Source of the DNA: a virus
Strand: one strand, 5' to 3'
Virus record (IMG/VR): IMGVR_UViG_3300045988_165521
DNA length: 64,000 nucleotides
Made by a program: the position numbers and the translations under genes. Shown piece after piece: positions 47,254 through 58,137 of the stretch (the stretch's first letter is position 1; each line of letters begins with the position of its first letter). The notes under the pieces are model-generated. The model was not told where the DNA came from. It did not search any database and was given only the letters and a program-made list of their open reading frames with translations.

Positions 47254-49790
47254 CTTGTTTTATTTTATCATTATAAGGATTAGTATCAACTGTTTCTGCA
47301 GCTTGAATTTGAACTTGTTGCTGTTTTGTTTCAATAAGTTTATCGTTATAATCCTTATCGTTTTTAACTTTTTCTCTTTCAATAGCTACTTTTTCAGCTT
47401 CAAGTTGTAGTCTAGCTTGACTATTTTGTTTAAGTTGATTTTGTGATTGACCTAATTCCCTTTGTAATTGTTCATTTTGTTTCTGTAACTGTTGCAGATT
47501 TTGTTCATATTGCTGAAGTTGTTGCTGCAACTGAGAAACACTATTATTTTCTTCCTTCTTAACAGCAGTAGCTTTAGCTACATAACGTTTAAGTTCGGAC
47601 ATACTATTGGCAGTTGCAATACTTACTGCCATATCGGGATCTGACATTCCAGCTTTAATTAATTCAATATTAAGAGCCTTTACAGTTTCCATATCTTTAA
47701 AAGACTTAGAACTATCCTCAATATGTAAATCAAAATCTGTAAGTGTATAATGTTCAGGAAGTGCAGTAAATATTCTTGAATATTTATTACCTAACACAAT
47801 AGTACCAGTAATACCATTTGGATATACTAATTTAGCTAAATTAAGCATATCATAATTAGCTTCTTTATAAATTATATCCATGGTTTCAAAATATTGTTTA
47901 GTTAATAAACCTGACATTTTAACTCCAAGTTGAACATTAGATACAGCATCTCTCTGTTCATATTGAGCTAACCTCTCAGGTAACACTCCTGTAATTGAAG
48001 AAGCTTGTTGTTCTACAGCTTGAATAGCTAATTGAATACCTTGAATAGCTTGAGCTTTAACTGTATCATCAAATCCATTAAAAATAGTATTAGGCATACC
48101 TTCATTACCTTCCTCCTTACTATTTATTAATGCTAAGCCATTCTTTTTATATGCTTGTCAAGCTTTAACTCGATCTGTTAATTTTTCACCTAAAAACGAA
48201 GGAATAAAAGAAACATCCATCCAATCTCCAACTCCTCCTGAAGAAGCAATAAGATTATCTCTAAAATATATAAGTAAATCATATTTCATTGTTTATTCGA
48301 TATAGGTCGTTAATCTATATCCGTCTTTTTGACTGCTGCATGTCACCATGCAGATTAGACTATATCATACAAATTTGATTTAAAATTAATTCAAATAAAT
48401 TCTGTTTCATTATATTTCATAACTACTTATAATTAATTTTAAATTAAACTTGTCCCCGCACTTCCACTTACTTAAGTGTACTCCTTTCGGATAGTCGTTG
48501 AACTTTCAAAGATATTTCTATCTAAGCTTAGCTGCTGATTGTCTTAAATTTACTATTATTCAATTTAAGGTTTTCCAGCAATTCACGGGGTTTATACAGG
48601 ACTCATATAATTTAATCCTGTAGGTCCATAGTATGTGCTATTAATGAATATGGATCTCCATTTTTATCTAAGAAAAACATTCCATTAACAGATAATCTGC
48701 ATCTACTAGGACAATCTGCACTTCTTACAATATACTTTGATTCTCCACGAGTAATGTATACTTCTGAACCAATTTTTACTCCTTCATGTCTTGTTAATTC
48801 TCCAGTTTTATAATCTGCTTCAATTCATTCAACTTCATATACAGGAATAAGATGATTTTTTATAGGTTCTATTGAATCATAATCTCCAGGTCATCCTGGA
48901 TGTGCTTCAAGTCCTGCAAGAATACCTGTATGTAAATTATCCGCTCGTAAATTAGGTTCAGCAGGTTTACCAACATATCTAACCAAATAAGTAGGAGATG
49001 TTGAATCAGCAGTTTGTTGCATATCTCTAATTTTCTTAGCTGCTTCTGTAGTTAATTCTGATCTGAATGTATTTAAGATATCCTCTCTTGACATTCATTT
49101 TCTAATAACAACTCTCTTAGAATCTGCAAGATAAGGAGAATTTGGATTACGTTCTATAAATGTATTAACGGGATTTAAAATTTCAATATTGACATTTGAA
49201 TTACTTTCTGTAGGTTTTACTCTATAGTAACAAGTACCTGTAACAAGTAAATCTGTAAGTAATTCTGCCATTTTACGTTTTAAATCGATGTTTCTTGATT
49301 GTCTTAAATAATCAAGAATATTTTGTGCAGCAATTTCATATTCCGAAACAAAAGATTGATCAATATCTTGTTGAATTGAGTTGATTTCTTTTTCAATAAA
49401 AGGATCATTTACAATTTCTTTATTTTCAATAATAGCTGCAATAATGTTATTCTTTAAATACTGTTGCAAATAATTAAATACTTCTGCACTAATTTTAAGT
49501 TGCTTTTCTCTCATTATATTTGAAACAGTCTTTTCATCTTTGCAAGATACTTTTAAATCTTGATTTAAACCTAGATATTCTCCAACTAATACATCAATAT
49601 GTTTCTTAATTAATGGTGTAAAACTAACTGATGTAGGAGTCCCAATTCCGTAATTTTCTTCTAGGTGTTTGAATTGATCTGCATCTCTACGACAATGATA
49701 ATATCCATAAGCTTTTCTTATAGCAACTTTATCATATACAAGATTACCTATCGCATCATTAATCTTCTTTACTTCATTCTCTATCACCAT
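47246..49790 (-). CDS. portal protein, split: exon 1 49790..48615, exon 2 48286..47246 (738 aa spliced)
   Basis: Exon 1 (392 codons) and exon 2 (347 codons including the stop) are each open apart from TGA. Joining them gives ..AHTMDLQD|KYDLLIYFRDNLIASSGGVGDWMDV.. with no frame change. The location next to TerL and the size fit a portal protein. Confidence 0.7.
48287..48614 (-). mobile_element. ORF-less group I self-splicing intron (328 nt) in the portal gene
   Basis: The 5' exon ends in U. The exon sequence ACAGGAU pairs with the intron guide GUCCUGU 12 nt downstream (6 Watson-Crick pairs plus a terminal U-G wobble, forming P1). The intron ends in G. Hairpins have GNRA loops (cugcaug-GUGA-caugcag, ucc-GAAA-gga) and there is a terminal 7-bp hairpin gauauag/cuauauc. 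Stops occur in all frames. Confidence 0.7.
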
Positions 49791-50067
49791 ATTCTAATAC
49801 TATATATTGATTTCCTTCACCTGGAGTAGTCATTTCTCCAGAATAATATTTTGTTCTATCTAGTTGTCTGTTTCTAAGTTCTTTTTCAAGAAATTCGAAA
49901 AAACCTTCTTCATCACCTTCATAGACTAAAACTAGTGGAGCTTTTCATTGATTTAAATCTAAACTTAATTTCCATTGATTACCATCTATAGTTAATGTAA
50001 AGTCTCCAGTGTAATATGCACACATAGCCTTTTCAATTATTTCATATACTTTATCAACGAGTTCCAT
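49759..50067 (-). CDS. small hypothetical protein (102 aa) between TerL and portal
   Basis: ATG at 50067. Two in-frame TGA, no TAA/TAG. It overlaps the TerL end and the portal start. Confidence 0.4.
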
Positions 50068-52360
50068 TCTTTTGCGGTATTACTCCATATTCTTTATAGC
50101 CTTTTTCATTAGTGAACCATCCAATATTTTCTCATTCTTTTGCTAATTTATCTTGAGCGGCAGGTCGTATATTCATTAGCTCTTCATCTGCAATTTCCGC
50201 CATTTCCATGCTCGCGATAATATCAAACTTTCGTTTATTTTCTCAAGAATATTTTAACAATTGCTCAAGCATTTCATCAATATCAATTGAATAACAGTAA
50301 TCATTAACAAAATTATTAATTAATTCAAGACCATGCTTGATAATAGCTTCTGTAGCTGGTACACCAATCATTTGTGAGTTGCCTCTTTTCATATCTCCAA
50401 GAGTTGAAGCAGGACGTTTCATAAATAGACTATCTTTCTTTTTTTCTTTAAAATATGTAACAATACTAATCTTAGTATGTTCAAGTAGTGCTTTACAATT
50501 ATATCATACTAATAACTTCATTGCTACATCATACGCTTCTCGAATATCTCGAGGACGATCTTTATAGATCGCAACATATTTCGCTTCTTGTAATCCATAT
50601 ATACGTTTCTTAATAACTATACAGAAATCAGATACATCTGTTGAGGTAGAAGAATCTCCAGAACCTTGGTCAATAGAGTCTATTCCTGCAACATATAAAT
50701 TTTTTAATACAAGACCATCTTCGTCACGAAGTGGCCTTTCATATATAGCAATTTTACTATTTGGATTATTTATAACTTTTACTTTTGTTAAATCAGGAGT
50801 ATCTCCAGAACGATCTCATAATAATGATACATACTCTGGTTTTAATCCTGCTTTAAATATCCTAATTTGGGTTAATCTATCTGCAATTGCAATTGAATCA
50901 AAGATATTTTCACCCTGCTTATATAATGCTTCATTTGGAATAAAACAGTGCTCTGCACAATAATCAAGTAGGTCTTTGCCACTTAATTTTTTACGTTCTT
51001 CCTCATAAAACTTTTTAAATTCTTCAGATTGTGTAACGCCTCTTGTATCTAAGAATTCTTCTCGTAAACTAAACTTATGAGCTGGAATAAAGAAAGCTGT
51101 TAATTGTGGTTTTCTATCTTCTGTATCATAGTTTTTATATGGAAGTACATTATACCCTTCTGGTTTTGCAAAAATGTTTGATAAACCTTCAAGTGCCATA
51201 TCATCACCACCTGTACCTAAAGCAATACGTGTTCCAAAATGATAACCACCAAGCTCAACAAGAGCATTACCTTGAATCCAACTTTTAGTTAAATATTTAT
51301 TAGATCCTGCTTCTTCATAGATTAATCTGTCGACACGATCACCACGAATTTTATCAGATGTATCAGCAATTACTGAATCAATTTCTGACATTCAACCATA
51401 TTCAACTCCATCAGGAGTAACTTGAGATGCACGCTTAGTATCTGCATTATTAACTTTTTGTCGTAGGTGGCGCATACCTCCATTAGTATTCATGTCTAAT
51501 CAGTTTAACTGTTTTCAACATTTAGTTTTTAAAGGAGTAAGTTTACCTTCTGCAGCACAAGTTAATAAAGAACGATAACCTCTATTAGTTATATAAGGCC
51601 TTACTGCTAAACAAGCAACAATCTCAGATAATCCAATACCACGAGCTTTTAATATAGCTACATCTTTGTGTAGTCTTTCAGCCATTTCAACATAATGAAA
51701 GAATTCATATTGTTTAGCTAGAAATGTAGGAAACTTTTCATTACGACCAGCACCACCTCTAGCTCCTTCAGAAATAACTTCCATTCTATAGAAATTTAAA
51801 AAGAAATAATGATCTCCTGTAATTCTATATTTACCAACTGTATAACCTTCAGTACAACGTTTATATTGTTCTCTTCAGAAATCATTATAAGGCTTTGAAT
51901 CTGCAGGATATTCAGTATATGATCCAGTTCTATCATAAATTTGAGCTAGTTCATTAAAAGGAGTAGGATCAAAATCTAAACCTTGAGTTTCATTAATTGG
52001 GCGGTATCCAGTTAATTCATATGATAACTCTGGATCAAAGTAAAGTACGTCTTCGGTGACCGCCACATCTCACAAACCATCTCTCTTTTTATAAAAATCA
52101 GTTGCAGTATACTCAAATTGTTCTGTAGTATCTTCTTTCTGATCTCCAAGCATTTCTTGTAATTGCTTTTTTAATTCTTCTTCAAATTTATCTGAAAAAG
52201 ATTGAGGAGTTGGTTCAGGACCTTTTATTGATTCTCTAAGCTCTTTATATTTCTCTTTAGTTGTTTTCTTTCTTTTGACTTCTGATTCTTCTTTATTTTT
52301 TATCTGTTCAAGCATTTTTTTACGTGCTTGAGACATTGAAGATTTAATTGTCTTTACCAT
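50051..52360 (-). CDS. terL: terminase large subunit, 769 aa
   Basis: Track ORFs 52070..52360, 51875..52066, 51515..51784 and 50816..51391 are all in one frame. Every gap was checked triplet by triplet and contains only TGA. TAA at 50051. TerL-like motifs are YFFLNFYRM, KARGIGLSE (Walker-A region) and GTGGDD. Confidence 0.8.
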
Positions 52361-52362
52361 AC

Positions 52363-52944
52363 TTAACTATCCATAAATCCAGGTTTTACATCACCTCTAT
52401 TTTTAGCATTGGATTGCATTTGATCTTTTTTATAATTAAGCTCAAGTTCTTTTAATTTATCTGCCATAACTCCAATACTAGCAATATCAGCTAATACATC
52501 TTTTGCCTTAAAGATAGGTTTACTATTATTATCTCTCTCTTCAAGGTCTATATTATCTAAAGATACTCTCATTTTTTCAAGAGTTCGATACGCTGTTTTT
52601 ATAAGGCTAAGTATTCTAGAAGAATCTTTGATTTCCATGTATTTTCTAACTGCTGCATGGAAGACTGGATCGTCTCATTCTTCTTGAGTTAATCCAGAAT
52701 CTTCCATAGCTGCATCATGCTTTTGTCTCTCTAAGTATTGTTGATATGGACTTTTTCAGTCACAAAACAACCATATATATTTAAATTCTCTTCAAGCTCT
52801 TAACCTCTTTGTTCCTTTTGGATCTTCTTTACATTTATTTCTTTCTATATCTCACAGCGCTGCAAACTCCTTTATTAATAGTATTTCGTATTCGTTAATC
52901 TTTAGATTACATGTTACATTATCATAAAGGAATAAATCTAGCAT
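52363..52944 (-). CDS. hypothetical protein upstream of TerL (possible small terminase), 193 aa
   Basis: ATG at 52944 (TAATG overlap). There are 4 in-frame TGA. TAA at 52363. The function is positional only. Confidence 0.4.
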
Positions 52945-54464
52945 TACTTTTTATTTAATTTTTCTTTTTCCTCTTTTGTAGGTTTGTAATTATTGTCTTG
53001 AACCCTCTGAAGCGCATTTCCTGAAGGAGTATATACTCCAGAAGTACGATAATATAAGGTATCTCCAGGCATAGTTTGAGTACCTAAGTACGGATTTTCA
53101 AAAGTTGGAGCAATTACATGTCTACGAATAGAGTCGATTAATTGATTATTTGTTCCTGGAATCGTACCTGCAATAATCATTTCTCTATCTATTACACCTC
53201 TATCTGTTAGATTACCTACATTATTAACAACAGTGTCTCGTTTTATTTTAGGAATTATTTTTCCTTCAGCAAATTTTTGTGCTCCAAACTTTGATTGGAG
53301 TTCTTTATATCTATTACTTACAGGAGACGACCGTCTCAATCCTAAAAATCCAAGAATTCCAGAATCATCTATATTACTATCTACTCTACCTCCAATGCCA
53401 TTGTGTATATAAAGAGTATCCTGTTTATTTGGAGATACTAATTCTGATGTTGTAATATTATTTCTAGTAATTTGTCTTAAACCAACACCGTTAGGTAATA
53501 CAGTTTGATTAACTCCAGGTTTTAAACTTCTAGCAACTTGTGCTCCATTATGTACTCATTTATTAGGACCATATTCAAATAAATCTACTCCATGAAATTC
53601 CTTACGAGCTTTATCAGATTTTCTTTGAGGAGTTTTACCCCCTTCTTGGAAAAATGAACCAAGGTTTCTTGGATTGATGCGGTGTTCAACAGGAATAGAT
53701 CCTAAAGTAGCATTATTTCCATAATTGACCGACATACTTCTAGGTCCTACATATCTACTATCAAACCTATTAGGATTACCTAAATTAGATGCCACTATGT
53801 AATCACTATATGAAGGATTAGTTATAACTAATTCTTCATTCATGTTTGTAGGTCTAATTCCTTTAGCTGCAGACATTCCAGCTTCTTCTGCTCCAGAAAT
53901 ATTTCTTGATCCAAGATTAGATTGTGGAAGTTTTGGTTTCTTAGGAGCAGGTCTTGTTGGAGCTAATTGAGTTCCATATAATTTTCCATTTCAAGTAAAG
54001 CTAGTAAGTCCTGCACTTCTAGCTGCTGCAAAAGCTTGATTGAAATTACCTTGGGATAAATCAGGAGTAACATTAGTTTGTACATTTACTTTAGGAGTAA
54101 TTCCAGTTTTCATAGATACTCCAAAAGATAAAGGTTGAGAAATAACTGAACCTTCAGTTTTTGTTACTTTAGGTTTAGAATTATCTCCTACAATATTTTT
54201 CATTGCAGCTGCTTTGACTTCTCTTCTACTTAATCCAAGATCTTGATCCTTAATAGCAGATTTCATATTTCTATATGCAGTGCGATTGAATTTAGAAGAT
54301 TTCTTACCTTCTTTTACAACCTTCTTATTTTCTTTACGCTCATTCTTTGCAGATCCTCCATCTTTAAATTTATTAACAAGATAAGCAAGTTTGCCTCCTT
54401 GTTTAAACATTCCTGCAGATTGCTCTTGTTTAAATTGATTAATCAATCCAGAAATAGTATTCAT
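52944..54464 (-). CDS. hypothetical protein, 506 aa, with three [F][KQ]xGG motifs
   Basis: Track ORFs 53991..54464, 53556..53876 and 52944..53339 are in one frame, joined by TGA. The gap 53877-53990 was checked codon by codon. Confidence 0.65.
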
Positions 54465-54605
54465 ACCATCTTCTGTTTGTGCTAATTCATTTAGCTTTCC
54501 TACAATTTCTTCAGGAGTTTTATTTTGGAATTCTTCTACTTTAGATGGAAGTCATTGAACAAATTGCATTAATTCTTCTTGTTCCATGATGATATTGTTT
54601 TATTG

Positions 54606-54794
54606 TTAAATATCTGTTGTAGAGCAAGTAATTTCAAATTTATTATATTTAGGGTCTAAAGGTTGCGAAGGATAAATCCAAATAGGAGTAGTATTTGGAG
54701 TAGTTGTAATTGTATAATTTTGTCCTTCTAAAAACTCTTTAATTTCAGCTACAGTACCTTCTATTATTATACCATTGTTTAAATAAGCTTTCAT
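54606..54794 (-). CDS. hypothetical small protein, 62 aa
   Basis: Intact ORF ending in TAA. Confidence 0.5.
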   Translation of the reverse strand: MKAYLNNGIIIEGTVAEIKEFLEGQNYTITTTPNTTPIWIYPSQPLDPKYNKFEITCSTTDI

Positions 54795-54796
54795 AA

Positions 54797-55054
54797 TTAC
54801 TTGTTCTTATAAAATTTTAAATCTTTTGTTGAGAATACTGCTTCACGTAAAACCATATTCTTATCAAATCATCTACATTTAATACCTTTAAAGATATTAG
54901 TTATTTCATTACCATGTTTGTATGATTGTGTAATTTTTTCTACTACATACATAACAGGAGATGTAAGATCACCATGTTTTAAAGTGACTACATCTCCTGG
55001 GTTAAAAAACGTTTTTTCAATTTCGTTTATCATATTATTCTTTGTCCTTTTCAA
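54797..55054 (-). CDS. small DUF2158/YodC-like protein, 85 aa
   Basis: PGDVVTLKHGDLTSPVMYVV motif. One in-frame TGA (54869). TAA at 54797. Confidence 0.45.
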
Positions 55055-55571
55055 TTACTCGACATATAATGTTTTGTTCACTGATAGCGTAATAACCCAT
55101 ATTATTGAATGGAACAGGTACTACAGAATTTCTGTAATATATATCCTCTCCAGGTTTTACGTATTTACATTCGGGTCCTGCAGAAATAACAGTACCACAT
55201 GCAATAAATTGTTCAGCTCTCTCCATCTCACCAGTATCATCAGACTTATATGTATCTGCAAAAAGATCTCCTGGAAGAATCAAACCTGAAGCACTTGTTT
55301 TAATTTCTCTATAAGGATTTTTTTCAAATGGTTTTATAATAACAGTATATCCAGTTGCAGCTACCTTCATTTTAGATGCATCTTTAGTACCTTTATTTAA
55401 TTCAAGTAATCTATTTGCTGTTAAAAGCTGTTCTTCCTCCATTTTTTTATTATGAGCAGCAATTTCCTCAGGAGTTAATTCCTTTGTTTCATGTTTAACG
55501 TTTGCTCCCATAAGATGAACTCCCATTTCTTGCATGTGTGCATTTCCTAAAAGATTTTTTCCCATAATCAT
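55035..55571 (-). CDS. GroES/Gp31-like co-chaperonin-fold protein, 178 aa
   Basis: The C-terminal ~100 aa follow the Hsp10 pattern (TVIIKPFE..KTSASGLILPGD...GTVISAGPECKYVKPGEDIYY...YYAISEQNIICRVIE). TGA-free. Confidence 0.5.
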   Translation of the reverse strand: MIMGKNLLGNAHMQEMGVHLMGANVKHETKELTPEEIAAHNKKMEEEQLLTANRLLELNKGTKDASKMKVAATGYTVIIKPFEKNPYREIKTSASGLILPGDLFADTYKSDDTGEMERAEQFIACGTVISAGPECKYVKPGEDIYYRNSVVPVPFNNMGYYAISEQNIICRVIEKDKE

Positions 55572-55594
55572 TTACATTTTTTAAATTTAACTTA

Positions 55595-55801
55595 TTACCA
55601 TTTATTGTTATAGCATTGTTCGTCTTCAACTCTTACTTTTGCATCTAATACGCATCCACAAAGATCACAAATATCTTGTCCACATAATTTTGTTTTATAC
55701 GAGCAAGTGCTACAAATTGCCAGTCTTTTTTCTGCTAATTCAGATTTTTTATTAAATATTTTTCTATACCATCCAATAATTATATTCTTAACTTTCTTCA
55801 T
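55595..55801 (-). CDS. Zn-ribbon (CxxC...CxxCGC) small protein, paralog 2
   Basis: MKKVKNIIIGWYRKIFNKKSELAEKRLAICSTCSY..CDLCGCVLDAKV..C..KW. The start was chosen at ATG 55801 by analogy with paralog 1. Confidence 0.55.
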   Translation of the reverse strand: MKKVKNIIIGWYRKIFNKKSELAEKRLAICSTCSYKTKLCGQDICDLCGCVLDAKVRVEDEQCYNNKW

Positions 55802-55940
55802 AATATGCTTTACAAAAATTACCTGATCCAGTGTACTTGTCATTACTTAAATCTCCAGTATGCTTGTGTTTTCCTATATAATATCTGCCACTCGGAAATC
55901 CGCAAAGAAAATGTATTTTATAAATATAATATATTACCAT
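55788..55940 (-). pseudogene. GIY-YIG homing-endonuclease remnant (50 codons, N-terminal half only)
   Basis: MVIYYIYKIHFLCGFPSGRYYIGKHKHTGDLSNDKYTGSG.. carries the GIY and YIG elements but stops before the rest of the catalytic domain. Confidence 0.5.
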
Positions 55941-56206
55941 TTCATTACTATACATTTTGCTGCAGGCAGTTTTGTTTTTCGATTAAGAGCACATCCGCAT
56001 CCTTTTCTATATCCAATTTTTGGTCTATCTGAATAGTCTGTTTTATTATTTTCATTAATATATAATCTAGGATTACATATCGGACCCATTGGTGTTTCTT
56101 TGTATAATGGACATTCTTTACAAATTGCTAATCTTTTTTCAGATAAGTCTTCATTTTTATTAATTGCTTCATTAACATGTCCACTAATAATATCTATTAG
56201 TCCCAT
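55934..56206 (-). CDS. Zn-ribbon (CxxC...CGC) small protein, paralog 1, 90 aa
   Basis: ..SEKRLAICKECPLY..C..GCGCALNRKTKLPAAKC..KW. Intact ORF. Confidence 0.6.
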   Translation of the reverse strand: MGLIDIISGHVNEAINKNEDLSEKRLAICKECPLYKETPMGPICNPRLYINENNKTDYSDRPKIGYRKGCGCALNRKTKLPAAKCIVMKW

Positions 56207-56208
56207 AA

Positions 56209-58137
56209 TTAAAATACTATAGGTTTATCTAAATCTAATTCAGATTTAATCTTAACGTCTCTTTTATAATGTTTAAGCATTCTTTCAACATCTGATTTTA
56301 AATAATCACATTCATGTTCTGAAATATGATTGTTGTGATCAATATGAATTAATACTAATTTTTTAATATTAAAGTTTGGATTAATTTTTTGTAGTAAGTA
56401 AGCATATAATGATAACTGCAACGAATAATGATAAAAATTACAATCCATAATATTATCCATTGGGAATTTCATCATAGTTCTACTTTTAGTAAATTTATTA
56501 TAAAATGATTCTTTTTCTAATTTCTTATTAGTATTATGTGTAACTATCATTGAATCACCGAATAAAAACGTGTGTGATGGACTGTCAACTTCTAAGCATT
56601 GCGTTGCTACTGTATCAACTCTTTCTACAGATATAATATTTCTAAATGTATTCTTATTTTTAGATGGGAAGTCGATATCTTGATTTCTTACTAAAAAGGG
56701 ATTTAATCCATCAGTTGAAAAACATACATCTCATCCTTTAAATATCTTTCCATTACATTTTTTATCTACTTCAAAAACAGTAGCTTTTATGCCTAATGTA
56801 CTTACTAACCTTAATAAATCTTCAGCTTGTCATTTCTGAGTAGTTCCCATTACAAATCTTTTTCTAGATTCATGATAGTAACCATCAGTATCCATTAACC
56901 CTCTAAGCAAATCAAGTCTTTGTTGATAAGAGGCTCGCATATATAAATCAGGTATAAACTTATTATTTAGTATTCCTAGATCGTTAAGTTTTTTTCTAAT
57001 ATTATATATAGTTCGCATTTCCGCAGATTTTCCGTCAGAAAGATCTCCTCCAAAAGTATATCCTCTATTTTCTATTTCTTCCCATACTTTAGAGTTTATA
57101 TTAGTGATAATTCCACATGACTTAGAGCCATCTCCTAGTCAACATCCCAGTACATAAGGATCTATAGGAAGTTCTATTTCTGGAAGATTTAGAGGATTTG
57201 CGTTCATTATTTTTGGGATATTGTACGAGGTTCTTGGTTTATCAATTAACCACTTTGCAATATCTTCTGTGGTCATAACTACTTCCCTAAATGTTTTATC
57301 TATATTCCTAAAAGAAATAAGTCATCTATGTTCATGGTCTGCCACAATCGACTCTCCGTTATCAAAAGTTATTTTAAAACATGGATTGTAATGGATATCT
57401 GATTTATGTAACACTTTAGTTATATTTCCTTCTTTATCAAATATCTCTTCTCCCTCCTTTATATCCTTAATAGTTGTCCATCCGTTTTTAGTTGGAATTT
57501 TTGTATCTAGAGGGAGTCCTTTATAATCGTATATATAAATATCATTACCGTCTTTAATAAGTAAGTCAAGTTGTCCTGCAATTCTTAATAAACCATCTTC
57601 TGATTTATAACTAATCATAAATTCAGGATAAACTCCTTTTTCTAAATCTAATTGATAATATCCTTTCTTGCAAGTAAATTTTCCTCCAAGACCAAATTTC
57701 TTAAGATCTTGTTCTTCAGATTGATAATACATATTCTCAAATTGAGCATGTATTTTTGTTCCTCTTTCACAAGATTTATTTCTTTCTACTTCATACGATT
57801 GAAGTATTTCTGCCCGTTTATTTTCAAACTCTTCTTCGTTGATATTTAACTTTTCAAGTAAAGTTGGATTTCAACGTTTTGTATTTAGTAATGTAGTTTT
57901 AACAACTTTAAAAATTTCTGGTTCTACTAAAGCTTCGCAAGCTTTATATGCAGATCAGAATGCTGAATCAAACTCATTAACATATTTATGTATCAATGTT
58001 GTTACAGATACATAAGGCTTATTATCATATTTATCTAAGTACAGATGTTTTGCATCTGAATAAATAACATCTTCTGTTTCTTTGTCTACTTGATATCCAT
58101 TAACATATTTTTCCTTTACATTACTTAATTTTGGCAT
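56209..58137 (-). CDS. PD-(D/E)XK (RecB/Cas4-like) nuclease precursor containing an intein; extein about 313 aa
   Basis: One frame from 58137 to TAA at 56209. All gaps were checked and contain only TGA. Extein motifs are ERGTKIHAQFE, GQLDLLIKDGNDIYIYDYK|TNKK (the DYKT box is restored after intein removal) and YHYSLQLSLYAYLL (QxxxY). Confidence 0.75.
56533..57519 (-). mobile_element. intein (329 aa) with LAGLIDADG homing-endonuclease domain; class-3-type signature
   Basis: It starts GLPLDTKIPTKNGW (block A with Gly1 instead of Cys/Ser). Block B is GESIVADHEHRW (His at B10, Trp at B12). LAGLIDADG motifs are LGC[W]LGDGS and LLRGLMDTDGY. Block F is TQCLEVDSPSHTF (Cys where class 1 inteins have Asp). 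Block G is MIVTHN followed by Thr+1. Confidence 0.8.

Noticed and set aside
54537-54586. 16-codon ORF (MEQEELMQFVQ[W]LPSK) just upstream of 52944..54464; possible frameshifted N-terminus
   Set aside because: It ends at TAG and is in a different frame from the downstream gene. No slippery site is evident and it is too short to support.
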